DNA of 64,000 nt, from assembly GCF_009914755.1 (NCBI RefSeq), contig NC_060929.1; one strand, 5' to 3'. This document shows, piece by piece, positions 47,575 to 62,400 of this stretch. The notes beneath the pieces were generated by a model. The model was not told the DNA's origin, ran no database searches, and was given only the letters and a program-made list of their open reading frames with translations. Position 1 is the stretch's first letter, and every line of letters starts with the position of its first letter. Source of the DNA: the human T2T-CHM13v2.0 reference genome, Homo sapiens. Both the position numbers and the translations under genes were made by a program.

Positions 47575-48267
47575 TGAGAATAGTAAGAAATGACATGCAC
47601 TCTTTACCTGTGGACCCCATTCAAATTTTGCCAGCATTCCCAAAAGCAAAAGGATTAATTTCAGAATCAGGCACAGCCTTTAGTTGTCTGGTCTCTTCAG
47701 TATCCCTAATGCGGAGGTTGTTCAGTAGTATTTCCTTGAGCTTCATGACCTTAACTTTTTTTTAATATGAACCATTTTGTTGACTGTAACCCAATTTGAA
47801 GTGCTAGTTAATGTTTTATTATAATTAGTTTTAGGTTATCTACCTTTGGCAGAAATATCACAGAAGTGATGCTGTGCTCTTCTGTCTACATCTCATCAGG
47901 TGGCACAGGATGTTGATTTGTACCTTCACTGGTGAAATTAACCATTGAGTAATATATGATTTTCACCACATGTATTCACTGAAAAGTTACCCCACCCCCT
48001 TTTATAATTACAGGTATTGGGGATGGCACAGAGGGATTACTCTGAGACTATGTAAATACACTATTCTTGCAGCCTTCACCACTATCTTTAGGATCCATTG
48101 ATGTTTCTGCCTGAATGTATTGTTATTGTTGTGGTTGCCAAATGATGATTCTCCTATTCCATCATTTCTTCCTCATTTATTAGTTGGCATTTTATTGTAA
48201 GGAAGAGCTCTTTATTTCTGTCAGTGTGGACTCATTGATTCCTATTTTATTGATATTCAGTGGGATA

Positions 48268-48676
48268 TGTATTAGACTGTTCTTGTGTTGCTTTGAAGGA
48301 ATACCTGAGACTGGGTAGTTTCTAAAGAAAAGAGGTTTAATCTGCTGATGATTCTGCAGACCACACAAGCATGGTCCTGACATCACTCAGCTTCTAGAGA
48401 AGCCTCAGGGAGCTTTTACTTATGGCAGAAGGCAAAGCAGGAACAGGCACATCACATGATGAAAGCAAGAGTGAGAGAGTCATAGAGAGGAGACAGAGAT
48501 GCCACACACTTTTAAATCACCCGGTCTCATGAGAACTATCACAAAGACAAGCACCAAACCTTGAGGGACTGACCCCCATGATCCAAACACCTCCCACTAA
48601 GCTCCACCTCCAGCACTGGGGATTAATTACAGTTCACCGTGAGATTTGGGTAGGGGCTGATATCCGAACTATTCCA
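48268..48676 (-). mobile_element. MaLR solo LTR (MST-type) inserted in an old antisense L1
   Basis: TG...CA ends and a 5-bp TSD GGATA at 48263-48267 and 48677-48681. Confidence 0.85.
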
Positions 48677-48784
48677 GGATATAATTTGTTACTTTCATTT
48701 GTTTTGATGTTCCAATTGTCCTATATTTCGCCAGCAGAATCCTCCTTAGGCTCATTTGTTTCCATTTATCATGTCCCAATCGTT

Positions 48785-48786
<2 letters not shown>

Positions 48787-48827
<41 letters not shown>

Positions 48828-49107
48828 GACTGAGTCTTTTTCTGCCACCCAGGCTGGAGTACAGTGGCGCAATCTCGGCCCACTGAAAGCTCCGCCTCCC
48901 GGGTTCACACCATTCTCCTGCCTCAGCCTCCCGAGTAGCTGGGACTACAGGCACCTGCCACCATGCCCAGCTAATTTTTTAGTATTTTTAGTAGAGATGG
49001 GGTTTCATCGTGTTAGCCAGGATGGTCTCGATCTCCTGACCTCGTGATCCACCCACCTCGGCCTCCCAAAGTGCTGGGATTACAGGTGTGAGCCACCACG
49101 CCCAGCC
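48787..49107 (-). mobile_element. AluY with a ~39-nt pure poly-T tail
   Basis: gggttcacaccattctcc, gttagccaggatggtctcgatctcc (Y-diagnostic). Confidence 0.95.
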
Positions 49108-49671
49108 CATTCTTTTGGGTTATTTTCTAATACAAGAAGATGTTCCAGGCTCAGTTTTATTGTTTTGCACTTTCCCTTCACAGCCACGAAAGTAACCCTT
49201 TCCAAGGAATGCTGGTTCCTTTTACTGAATCATAGTGTTTAGAAACAAAGATCAGGGCATTGGATATGCTTGTGTCTACTGGAGTGTCACTGCTCCCAGG
49301 CCTTCTCCATGGACAGAGCCAGGAACTCCTTGTGTGTGTGTCTGTGGAGATATAAATGGAGATCAAAAAGCAATTTCAGTCCAGCTTCTCCCTTTTCATA
49401 TTTCTAATTTCAGTGTTAAACATGGCTCCTGCTAAGGTCAATAATTATACTTATTTTCTCAATCCTGTTGTATGTGACTGATCTCGACCTTACCAGGCCA
49501 CTATCCCATTTGGCTACCTTCCTTGAATGGGATCAGACTCCGTTAGGAGTCCCTTGTTTCTCAGGTCTGCTAATGGCTTTTTGACTGAATTATCAAGGAA
49601 GGACAGAAAGATTTTTGTTTCATATGGAGTTGTAGTAAACATGTTTTTCGAGACTAAATTGATGTTCCTGA

Positions 49672-49833
<162 letters not shown>

Positions 49834-51654
49834 TAAGTTTATTTCACATTGAAGGGCATGAATCTATTAGCACTTCATTGCTACAGTATAAATTTGATAG
49901 GATAAAAATTAGACAATCCAGAAAATGTCTATTATCTTGCTTTGTTCTTTACTGAAGTTAAAAATTTTAAATATAACCTTGTTCTCTTTAGTCTTCATGT
50001 TTAACTAGTAAATACTTAATTTTACTTAGATATAATTTTTTTTAACATACTAGCATTTTAGAAGGTCCTTCTTAAATACTTGTAACATTAAAGTGTTAAG
50101 CAACTTCTTTCTTTTAATCAGGGAGAAAATGCACAAACGTTACATATTTATATATGAGATAAATTTTGTTGTAGACTTCTAGACAACAAAATGCAGGATG
50201 CCATTGTCATCCATCCAATTCTTTCCATCTATACTGTCACGATTCTAGTTCTTGTTTCAGTATTTCTCTCCTGCTCTCTAAGTACTCTTGTTTTGTCTTT
50301 GACCTGTAACATGTATATTGTACAGAGTACATAATATGCATAATCTTCAACCTAATTAATATGTATATTGTACACATTATGGGTCAAAGGTAAGACATGG
50401 GTACTCAGAAGCATTGAAACCCAGTTTTATTTTTCAGAAAGCAGAGTTTTGACCATATGATTCCTCTACCCAAAATAGTTAAACGACTTCTCTGCTACCT
50501 GCCATAGAAAATCTAATTGTTATAATGTAGCAGTCAAGGCCCTTGACAGTCTGTCCTCTCATTCCCTTTCTATTCTTCTGTTTCCCCCAGTGTTTCAGTA
50601 CACTTTTCCCTATGCTCTAAACATGCATGTGACTTCAGGCTTTTACTCCTTTGCCTCCTCTCATCTCTCTCCTGTAAATAGCTCTTCACTTGCCTCTCCT
50701 TTTATCTCTTTAAATACTGCATTCTTTAAAACCCAGCTCAGTTCTTCATAGTGCCTTTCCTATTTTCCCCCCACTTACCCCCCCATCTAGTTGTTATGTT
50801 TCCTTCTGGAATCACAATATACTTTTATACCTACCACTCATCACATTATGGCTGGTATTATATTTATTGTCTTATTTAAGTTTTGTGGGCCCTGTTTAGC
50901 ATGTTTTATAGTAGCCACTTAATTGATAGATCCTGGAATTCAACTGTTTATTCATTTCAAATAGTGAATTATGCAAGAAATACTAATAATAAATTTAATA
51001 GTCAAACCTATAGCAGATCTGTTTTCTCATATCTCAATTTAAAAACATTTTTATTACAAATAAAATTGCATTTTGTTAATTGCTTTTTGTATATATGTGC
51101 ACTTCACCTGTTCTGTTGTTGCCACCAATGTTTCATTGCCAGCTAAGCCTTCAGAAAGGTATTTACTGGAAAATCAGGCTTGTTGATGATCCTTTTCTAC
51201 ATCCTGTCCCAGTTCCTTCTTTCCCCAAAATGCTATGAACTTAATCTGCCATCAACTATATCTTCAGTATGGCCCACAGGTCATATTTGGGCCCTGAGAT
51301 AAGTGTTCTTGGATGGAAGAATAATCCAAAAATAATTAAATATTTGTCTACTAGTTTTTACTGAAATTTATGTACTTATCAATATAGTTTGACTAAAATT
51401 AACTTAAGAAACATTAGCTTCCATTTAAATTTTATTATTAATGTCTTTGTCCATTACTCAGTGCTAAGGAGAGATTCAGAGAAAGTAAAATACTCAGTGA
51501 TTACTCAGAAAGTAAAGTACTCAGTGAATTTAAGTCTACTTTGTGAATGAATGGTGTGAATTAATTCAAATGGATATTGTTTAGCATATGATAGACTGAC
51601 TTTTTCTATAAATCATGCTTTTTAGATATATGGATTCAGCCCAATATAGAATGA

Positions 51655-51780
<126 letters not shown>

Positions 51781-52749
51781 TAAGTTACTCTACAAATTTC
51801 TGATCCCTTTATAGATGGCCTACTCAGACACAGATTCAACTTAATTAAAACCCAGAGATTTTTTTCCTGTTGTTAGTTACATGTGAAGTCAATATTTTAA
51901 AAAATCTAGCATTGATAGTTGGCATGCATATATCAGATATTAAAGAAAGTCTAAAGAGTTTTCAATATTCAGAGAGGATTTAAATTACAGCTTTACATGT
52001 GATTTCTGAAAGGTGGTTCATTTCCATTGCCCCTGCCTACAGTCGTTATAACCACTCAGTCCCTGCTCTACATACCTATTACTTTCCACTGTTTTGTTTT
52101 ATTGCTAAAATAGGAAAATCTAAACATTTGCCTGCAATAGTTGCATTCAGAATTCTTCTAGCAAAGACTTTGGAATATTCCACCTGAAAATGGTATATAC
52201 AGGTTGTTATAATGATATTTGTATTTATTTTACCTGATATAATTTTAATTCTTAGATTAATGTTGAATCAATATGAAGCTGATATAAAGAATTCCTTTTA
52301 GATAGAAAATAGTAAGGTACAATTTGTAAGGTTGTAATCAGGGTGAGATTGCTTTTATTGTAACACAGTGTATACTGGGTGTTTCATACTAGATTTGATA
52401 CTGAAAAATATTTTTCATGTTCATAGAGGATTAGAATGCCATTCATGTTATTTTACTGTTAAATATCTTTGGATGTAGAAATTAATTTTGCATTTCCTTA
52501 AATTTTTAGTGTCTGCCCTTTTCCCCTTCAAAATGTTCTAGTACATTTTTTTACATCACTTTTATTCATTGATAACTGGGAAAGCCTTTGGGTGTTTTGA
52601 GCAGAGTAGTAACACAATTTGACTTATTGCTCAAAGGGATCATGTTAGCTACTATGGTAAAATTTATTTAGGCTGAGAGAAAATGGCCATAAGGGGAGGC
52701 GGGGTAGATAACAGTGAGATCAGCTTTAGCAGTTAAAAATGCAATTTAT

Positions 52750-52987
52750 TACAGGTTGGAGATTCCTTATCCCAAATGCTTGGGATCAACCAAAAGTGTT
52801 TCAGATTTCAGATTTTTTTTTAAATTTTGGAATATTTTCATTATACCTGCTGGTTTAGCATTCCTAATCCAAAAATCAGAAATTTAAAATGTTCCACTGA
52901 GCATTTCCATTAGACATCGTATTGGTGCTTAGAAAGTTTTAGATTTTGAAGCATTTTGGATTTCAGATTAGGGATGCACAATCTGTA
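52750..52987. mobile_element. Tigger4a/MER46-like
   Basis: tacaggttggagattccttatcccaaatgcttggg ... gggatgcacaatctgta. Confidence 0.7.
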
Positions 52988-53201
52988 TTGTCTATATGGG
53001 TTCTAATTTTCTCATCAGTTTGAGAGACTAGAAATTGCTGTTTTTGAAATAAATTGCCAAACTGATTATTATGGTTGGGGTATGGAGAGGAGCGTAATAA
53101 ATGAGAGGCACTAACTTTGCAAGTTACAATTTAATATTTAAGATCTTCCTGTTATGTAACTTAAAATAAGATTAGTTGTCAGTATTCTTTCTGTTTTTTA
53201 A

Positions 53202-53414
<213 letters not shown>

Positions 53415-53578
53415 TAGGAGGGTCAGTTGTATAAATGAACTCTACTTTAAAATAGATTTATTTGAGGTTAGTGGAAAGCATTTTTAAAAAAAATAAAAAT
53501 AGAGAACAGATATTTTTATTACACGAAAATTCATTTCAGTTTCTTTTTGTCTCCTTATAGTTTTATGAACCATGCTAA

Positions 53579-53695
<117 letters not shown>

Positions 53696-54724
53696 TAAGT
53701 AATATCTTTATAAAGATTTTCTTGCTAATTTATGATAATATGCTTTGAATTAATTTCTATTCCAAGTACATATCTATATAACACCCATATTGACTTAGTG
53801 GTTATAAGGAGGAAAAAACAAACTTGTAAAAATATACTATGCTTTAAGCATATGGAGAAAGACAAAAACTTTAACCTTATGCTTATATGAATCCCAAGTA
53901 ATCTTTTTATCATAGTAGGTTATATTGGAACCTTTTGTTTACCCTTCTTCTCACCTTTTTAAAATTCCTTATCTTTGTAAACACTACAGCATAGCCGTTA
54001 AGCACGTGTGGATAGGAGGGTCCTACGTTAAAATTTGGGCCCCGGACAGCTTCCTCTTGAAAATAATTCAAAAAATGTTATTTGGCAGATTAAACTTGAA
54101 TAGTGATTCCTATCTGGATCCCCATTCTTATGTTTCCAACACGCAAATTTTACATACAGACACATTGTCCTTGAGTTAAATATGATACTAAATGCCTACT
54201 TTGGCTCTTCCTCTACTGAACTAGGTTAGCTATTCTTTGAACCCACATTTTCTGAGTTCTGGAACATGTGTCCTTAGATAGGAAAGCTCAGGCCTCTCCC
54301 CCACAAAAAAAGCCAAGTAATGAAAAAAACTACCAAAAGATTGTTAGTTTAACAACATTCAATAAATCAAAAAGTTTCAAGTTTTGCTGATGATAATCAA
54401 ATACCTGTAAATGGAAAAGACACCAAAACATAGAAATTTAGAGAAAAACTATACAGCAATTGGTCACTGCTGCCACCATCCATAAATAGAAATTAAAACT
54501 AAGAGAAGATAAAAATTGCATTTATCCATATATAGCTTCTGTTTTCTAAATTTTGATAGTAAACATACCTTTCACCTAAAAGAATTCTATTCTTATTAAA
54601 GAAGGGGAAACCTAGGATTTAGTGTTAGATATCAGAGGTACTGTGGTTTATAGAAATACTTACTGTTCTTATGAACAAATTTTGAAAAATCTTTTGTTGA
54701 AAGATTATAGTCTTTTATATATGC

Positions 54725-55167
54725 ATATATGATGGTGGTACCATAAGATTATAATACCATATGTTAAGCTGGGCATGGTGGTGTGCACCTGTAGTCTCAG
54801 CTACTTGGGAGACTGAGGTGGGAGGATTGCTTGAGATCTGGAGTTTTGGAGTTTTGAGTCCAGCCTGGGCAATGTATTAAGACCCCATCTCTCTTAAAAA
54901 AATATATATATATTTTTACTGTATCTTTTCTGTATTTAGATATGCAAATGCTTACCATCGTGTTACAGTTGCCTATAGTATTCACTACAGTAACGTACTA
55001 TACAGGTTTGTAGCTTAGGAGCAACAGGCTGTGTCATATAGCCTAGATGTGTAGTAGGCTATACCATCTAGGTTTGTGTAAGTACTCCTGTGATGTTTTC
55101 ACGAGGGCAAAATTGCCTGACAGTAAGTTCTGAGAAATGCGTCTCCATCGCTAAGCAACACAACTGT
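54725..55167 (-). mobile_element. Tigger3 (MER7/Golem) fragment interrupted by an Alu monomer
   Basis: gcctagatgtgtagtaggctataccatctaggtttgtgtaagtac matches the recalled Tigger3 terminal region. Confidence 0.7.
54767..54902 (+). mobile_element. Free Alu monomer (FLAM-like)
   Basis: Single-arm Alu gctgggcatggtggtgtgcacctgtagtctcagctac...gaccccatctctcttaaaaa. Confidence 0.8.
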
Positions 55168-55226
55168 GGTTGTTATTCTATTTGCAGAATTCTCCTGCAC
55201 TCAGAAATATTCTGTAATTATAGTAA

Positions 55227-55469
<243 letters not shown>

Positions 55470-55738
55470 ATGTTCTATACAGTGGACAGCCCTCCAGAAT
55501 GGTACTTCAGTGCCTAGTGTAGTAACTGAAATCTTCAATGACACATTAACATCACAATGGCGAATGGTGACTTTTCTTTCACGATTTCATTAATTTGAAA
55601 GCACACAGGAAAGTTGCTCCATTGATAACGTGTATGGAGACTTCGGTTTTAGTCAATTCCATATCTCAATCTTAATGGTGATTCTTCTCTGTTGAACTGA
55701 AGTTTGTGAGAGTAGTTTTCCTTTGCTACTTGAATAGC

Positions 55739-55744
55739 AATAAA
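55739..55744 (+). terminator. Candidate proximal polyadenylation signal AATAAA
   Basis: AATAAA 270 nt after the stop, followed by gcgtgttaactttttgattg. Confidence 0.4.
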
Positions 55745-57082
55745 AGCGTGTTAACTTTTTGATTGATGAAAGAAGTACAAAAAGCCTTTAGCCTTGAGGT
55801 GCCTTCTGAAATTAACCAAATTTCATCCATATATCCTCTTTTATAAACTTATAGAATGTCAAACTTTGCCTTCAACTGTTTTTATTTCTAGTCTCTTCCA
55901 CTTTAAAACAAAATGAACACTGCTTGTCTTCTTCCATTGACCATTTAGTGTTGAGTACTGTATGTGTTTTGTTAATTCTATAAAGGTATCTGTTAGATAT
56001 TAAAGGTGAGAATTAGGGCAGGTTAATCAAAAATGGGGAAGGGGAAATGGTAACCAAAAAGTAACCCCATGGTAAGGTTTATATGAGTATATGTGAATAT
56101 AGAGCTAGGAAAAAAAGCCCCCCCAAATACCTTTTTAACCCCTCTGATTGGCTATTATTACTATATTTATTATTATTTATTGAAACCTTAGGGAAGATTG
56201 AAGATTCATCCCATACTTCTATATACCATGCTTAAAAATCACGTCATTCTTTAAACAAAAATACTCAAGATCATTTATATTTATTTGGAGAGAAAACTGT
56301 CCTAATTTAGAATTTCCCTCAAATCTGAGGGACTTTTAAGAAATGCTAACAGATTTTTCTGGAGGAAATTTAGACAAAACAATGTCATTTAGTAGAATAT
56401 TTCAGTATTTAAGTGGAATTTCAGTATACTGTACTATCCTTTATAAGTCATTAAAATAATGTTTCATCAAATGGTTAAATGGACCACTGGTTTCTTAGAG
56501 AAATGTTTTTAGGCTTAATTCATTCAATTGTCAAGTACACTTAGTCTTAATACACTCAGGTTTGAACAGATTATTCTGAATATTAAAATTTAATCCATTC
56601 TTAATATTTTAAAACTTTTGTTAAGAAAAACTGCCAGTTTGTGCTTTTGAAATGTCTGTTTTGACATCATAGTCTAGTAAAATTTTGACAGTGCATATGT
56701 ACTGTTACTAAAAGCTTTATATGAAATTATTAATGTGAAGTTTTTCATTTATAATTCAAGGAAGGATTTCCTGAAAACATTTCAAGGGATTTATGTCTAC
56801 ATATTTGTGTGTGTGTGTGTATATATATGTAATATGCATACACAGATGCATATGTGTATATATAATGAAATTTATGTTGCTGGTATTTTGCATTTTAAAG
56901 TGATCAAGATTCATTAGGCAAACTTTGGTTTAAGTAAACATATGTTCAAAATCAGATTAACAGATACAGGTTTCATAGAGAACAAAGGTGATCATTTGAA
57001 GGGCATGCTGTAATTTCACACAATTTTCCAGTTCAAAAATGGAGAATACTTCGCCTAAAATACTGTTAAGTGGGTTAATTGA

Positions 57083-57430
<348 letters not shown>

Positions 57431-58487
57431 GGTTTTCATGAATCTTGATAGACATCTATAACGTTATTATTTTCAGTGGTGTGCAGCATTTTTGCTTCAT
57501 GAGTATGACCTAGGTATAGAGATCTGATAACTTGAATTCAGAATATTAAGAAAATGAAGTAACTGATTTTCTAAAAAAAAAAAAAAAAAAAATTTCTACA
57601 TTATAACTCACAGCATTGTTCCATTGCAGGTTTTGCAATGTTTGGGGGTAAAGACAGTAGAAATATTATTCAGTAAACAATAATGTGTGAACTTTTAAGA
57701 TGGATAATAGGGCATGGACTGAGTGCTGCTATCTTGAAATGTGCACAGGTACACTTACCTTTTTTTTTTTTTTTTTTAAGTTTTTCCCATTCAGGAAAAC
57801 AACATTGTGATCTGTACTACAGGAACCAAATGTCATGCGTCATACATGTGGGTATAAAGTACATAAAATATATCTAACTATTCATAATGTGGGGTGGGTA
57901 ATACTGTCTGTGAAATAATGTAAGAAGCTTTTCACTTAAAAAAAATGCATTACTTTCACTTAACACTAGACACCAGGTCGAAAATTTTCAAGGTTATAGT
58001 ACTTATTTCAACAATTCTTAGAGATGCTAGCTAGTGTTGAAGCTAAAAATAGCTTTATTTATGCTGAATTGTGATTTTTTTATGCCAAATTTTTTTTAGT
58101 TCTAATCATTGATGATAGCTTGGAAATAAATAATTATGCCATGGCATTTGACAGTTCATTATTCCTATAAGAATTAAATTGAGTTTAGAGAGAATGGTGG
58201 TGTTGAGCTGATTATTAACAGTTACTGAAATCAAATATTTATTTGTTACATTATTCCATTTGTATTTTAGGTTTCCTTTTACATTCTTTTTATATGCATT
58301 CTGACATTACATATTTTTTAAGACTATGGAAATAATTTAAAGATTTAAGCTCTGGTGGATGATTATCTGCTAAGTAAGTCTGAAAATGTAATATTTTGAT
58401 AATACTGTAATATACCTGTCACACAAATGCTTTTCTAATGTTTTAACCTTGAGTATTGCAGTTGCTGCTTTGTACAGAGGTTACTGC

Positions 58488-58511
58488 AATAAAGGAAGTG
58501 GATTCATTAAA
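58488..58511 (+). terminator. Distal polyadenylation signals AATAAA (58488-58493) and ATTAAA (58506-58511)
   Basis: Canonical hexamers with an upstream TGTA (58471) and a downstream tttgtggtttt element. Confidence 0.75.
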
Positions 58512-61500
58512 CCTATTTAATGTCCATTCTTATATCTGTTTAATAAGTCTTTGCCAGCTTTGTGGTTTTATCTCATTTCGATAACTATTGCTTCATTCAT
58601 TTCTGAATTTTTAAAATAGCTTTTACCTTAATATTCACGCCCTGGAAAAGTCGTTCACTATTCTTAAACCTTTGCAATAATCACTGTTGATGCTCACAGT
58701 ATGACTGAACCATCTGAGATGCAGCTCATTATGGTATTTTTTTAAGTGACCTAGCTTTTCTAATTCTGCTTTATCTTTGGGCCAGATCTCTCATTTGTGA
58801 ATGAGGAAACTGGAAGATTAAAAGCGATTCATAGTCCCTGAATATAATCTGATTCTTTCCTTCCAAAGATTTTTGTCTAAGCTCATTTAGAGTTTTAGAA
58901 AGCATTTTCATTTTCTCATTTGAATATGACTGTAGGTGTGTATATATGCAGGACAGCTATTTCTTTTACTCTTGAGAAAGCAGCTTGGAGCAGTTTAGGG
59001 AGTTTTCCAAGGTCATGGGGTAAATCAAGGAAGGATATTGGTCTAGAGCCCAGGTCTTTTATCCCCAGGAATTTCTTTATTATGCATTCACTGCTGGCTG
59101 ATCCATAAGATAGATGGCTGGGATAGATTGGTCATTTCCAGATTGGTCATTTCCAAATTACTTACACCTGTCCGCCCAGTAAATGTGTGTTCAGGTAAGG
59201 CAAATTATAGTTAGAAATATAGGTTGGCTACAGGCTGCCTTTAATAGGTTTGAAACAAAATGTAAATATCCATTTTTTGATTTGTCATCTTCCTTATTCT
59301 CAAGCCACTATTCAGGCCAGTTTACTCACTTATTTGGAAAGCTAAAAGAGAATTTGAAGGCAACTATGTATGTGACATTTTCTAATATCAGACCATCCAA
59401 CAGTTTTTAAAACAGGAACATCATTCACCTTTGAGCCAGCAGGCTTTTGTTGTTCACTCACCAGGAAGAAAAGATAAATCCATTTGATATGCTTCCCTCT
59501 TTATGTTTATGTACCTATAGGAAGTTTGTAGGTCCAGAGGAAATAGATGGTAGTTTAATGTTTAACTTTTGGGGAAAAGATGGTACAAGTTCTAGGATAT
59601 GCTCAATAGAAAGTACTATTTAGTTTCTCTAGTTCAGATAATAAATACAACATGTTGGTGGGTTAACCAACTTGACATATTTTTTTTGGTAGTAGTCGAA
59701 TACCTAAGGATCTAAGTCTCATTGTCCTGTATGGAATCTGGTGGCAATGGTGATGGACCTGTTTTACCTATATGATGGGCATTTAACATGGTCTGTTAAA
59801 TGATAGCATTAAGAACCTCAGCCCATTTTTTTCCCTCCTTAAATCTACCTTTTAATTTTTTCTTAGACAAGGTAAAAGTTTGAAACTATTAGGGAAAATG
59901 TGAATGCCTCTGCATTTGTCCCCTCCTGCTGTGCAGCCTTCCTTGTGGCTGCTGTCCTCACAGATCAGGAACTCATTCCCCAAAATGATAGTGTATTGGT
60001 AACACATATCCTTTGTTCCACGATTCTAGGATATGAATACAAACTACCAGTGTATTCTACCCAAAGCTACAAATGAAAATAAGCTTACTTTTTTGATCCA
60101 CAAAACAGGATCAGGATCCATTGGTATTGAATGCCAAAATCTGACTCAATACTTGTCAGAATTTTGTTAGAATACTACCGAAGCTTTTGAGGTAGAGAAT
60201 TGTGGAGGTTTCATCCTGGAAGAGTTAACTTCGTCTTAAGAAAGCAAGCAATTTATAGGGTGACTTTATATCCAGCTATTATATCTCTAAGATATACTAA
60301 AAAAGACAGTTTTAAAATTAAGTAGGCACTGTTCATATTTATTTATATAAGGTACATATAAAGGTGTATAACTACTAAAAGATACTACATTTGCTCTTTT
60401 ACATTCTAAATTAAGCTTCAGTTGAGCCATTTTTTCAAGGAAGTCACAATTTGAAAAGGAGCAATCTATAGGCATGCATTTGGATAACCAGAAAGTCACA
60501 GATTATTTTTAAGTTTACAACATTTTTGCTTAAGCCATGAAAACTATCCTCTGAGTTCCTAAGAAATGTTACTATTTAAGAAATTTAGAAGATGACAAGG
60601 ACAGTTTGGGAAGGAGGTGGCTGGTGACAGTGAGATGAAAAATTATGCTCCAAGAAAAGGTTTATGAATTGCAAAATATGTGCCTTTAAGTCTTAGTGTC
60701 ATATTTCCTTTTGGGAAATAGTGAACTGTGAAGAAGTTAGTTTTTTTCTGAATTTTTAAATCTGTTGACACAACCAGCACCTTCTGTTAGCTACACGGTG
60801 CCAGTCTCAGAGCTATAATAATCTACATCTTTCAGGTAGTCTGTTTTCTCTGTGGTCTTTCCATCAGTAAAGACTATCCATTGCTTACTGTCCATGCCCT
60901 TGTGAGTTTAGTAGTATTAACATAAATTTCGCACTTGGGTTTTTTCAGAAAATTGGTAAGGAAGCACAGGTATATTTTGTATTGAAACATTGATTAGAAC
61001 AGTGGTTCCCAAACTTTAGTGTGCCTCAGAATCAATGGCAGGGCTTGTTAACACATACTTTAGTCCTGCCACATAATCTCTAAGTGAAATTCTTCACGTA
61101 GGCTACTTCTCAATATAACCTCCCTTCTTTACACTTCCTTTTGTCCTTTCTTTCATGGTATACATGTAACTTCCATCTCCCCTTAACACCAGCTGTGAAT
61201 TCAAATGATTATCTCCTTTCCAAATTGCTCAGTGTTTCCCTTTTATATTAGGTCTTTGTCAGTGGCAAGAACAGAACCCAAAGGTGGGTAACAGAAAAAG
61301 GAAGCCATAGAAGGCAGCTGAGCTTAGGGACTTCAGTGAGTGTAAGCAGGGACTTGGAACGGGGTCCTTAGGGCTCATCTTTCCTTCTCTGGTTTGCCTT
61401 TCTAAGCGTGACAGTTCTTCACATAGACTGTCATCATGTAGTGTGCTCTGTGGCTTCTGAGAAAACCATACTCAGTCCTGGTGGCTTAACAACAGCTGCA

Positions 61501-61685
61501 GTAAAAAGGTGGTGTCTCCTCATAAGCTTTGGCAGAAAAGACTAGGGAAGGGTCCCAATGGGCTCAGTTTGGGAAATGTGATCCCCCCAATTCAGCCATG
61601 CCATTGATTAGACATGAATCTTGTGCCCACTTGACTTGAAGTAGATTCTCCATTTAAAACAGATTTTATTATTGAAAAAAAAGGA

Positions 61686-61956
61686 GGCCAGGCATGGTGG
61701 CTCACGCCTGTAATCTCACTATGTGAGGCTGAGGCGGGAGTATCGGTGGAACCAGGATTTCAATACTGGCCTTGGCAACATAGTGAGATCCTGTATCTAC
61801 AAAAAAATAATTAACCCGGGCATGGTGGTACATTCCTGTAGACCCAGCCACTCAGGAGGTGGATCACTTGAGCCCAGGAATTCAAGGCTGCAATGAGCTA
61901 TGATTCTGCCACCACACTCAAGCCTAGGCAACAGTGAGAACACGTCTCTAAAAAAA
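61686..61956 (+). mobile_element. Alu (AluJ-like), downstream of the gene
   Basis: ggccaggcatggtggctcacgcctgtaatc...gcccaggaattcaaggctgcaatgagctatga. Confidence 0.88.
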
Positions 61957-62204
61957 TTAAAGGGAGGTTGGGAAAACCAAACCAATAGATACCACTGGGA
62001 GTGACCTAAAGAATAGTGCTGACCCACATTTAACTAAAAATCAGAGAAAATCTAGGTCATCTGCTTCCTTCGGAGTCTCTAGTTATAGGGACATGTCTTA
62101 GTCCAGAATATTTATGATGATCAAATCCAGATGTGGCTGCTCATGATCCAGCAACCTATGATTGGCTAAATGATATTTTTACCCCTAATATACCTTACAA
62201 TGAC

Positions 62205-62400
62205 TGATATTTATTGAAGGCCTCTGTGTACCAGATAAATGAAATGTTTTGCCCTCATTTAATCCTCACAAGTGTGAGGTAGACTCTGTAATCCCCATTT
62301 CTCAGATGAGATAACAGGAGTGAATCCAGGTCACATAGTGCAAAGCCTCAGTCCAGATTCAGGGAATATCGCTGATCCCTGTGCTCTTAACCACTCAGCT
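62205..62400 (-). mobile_element. MIR
   Basis: atttattgaaggcctctgtgtaccag...tcatttaatcctcacaa...atccccatttctcagatgag. Confidence 0.65.
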
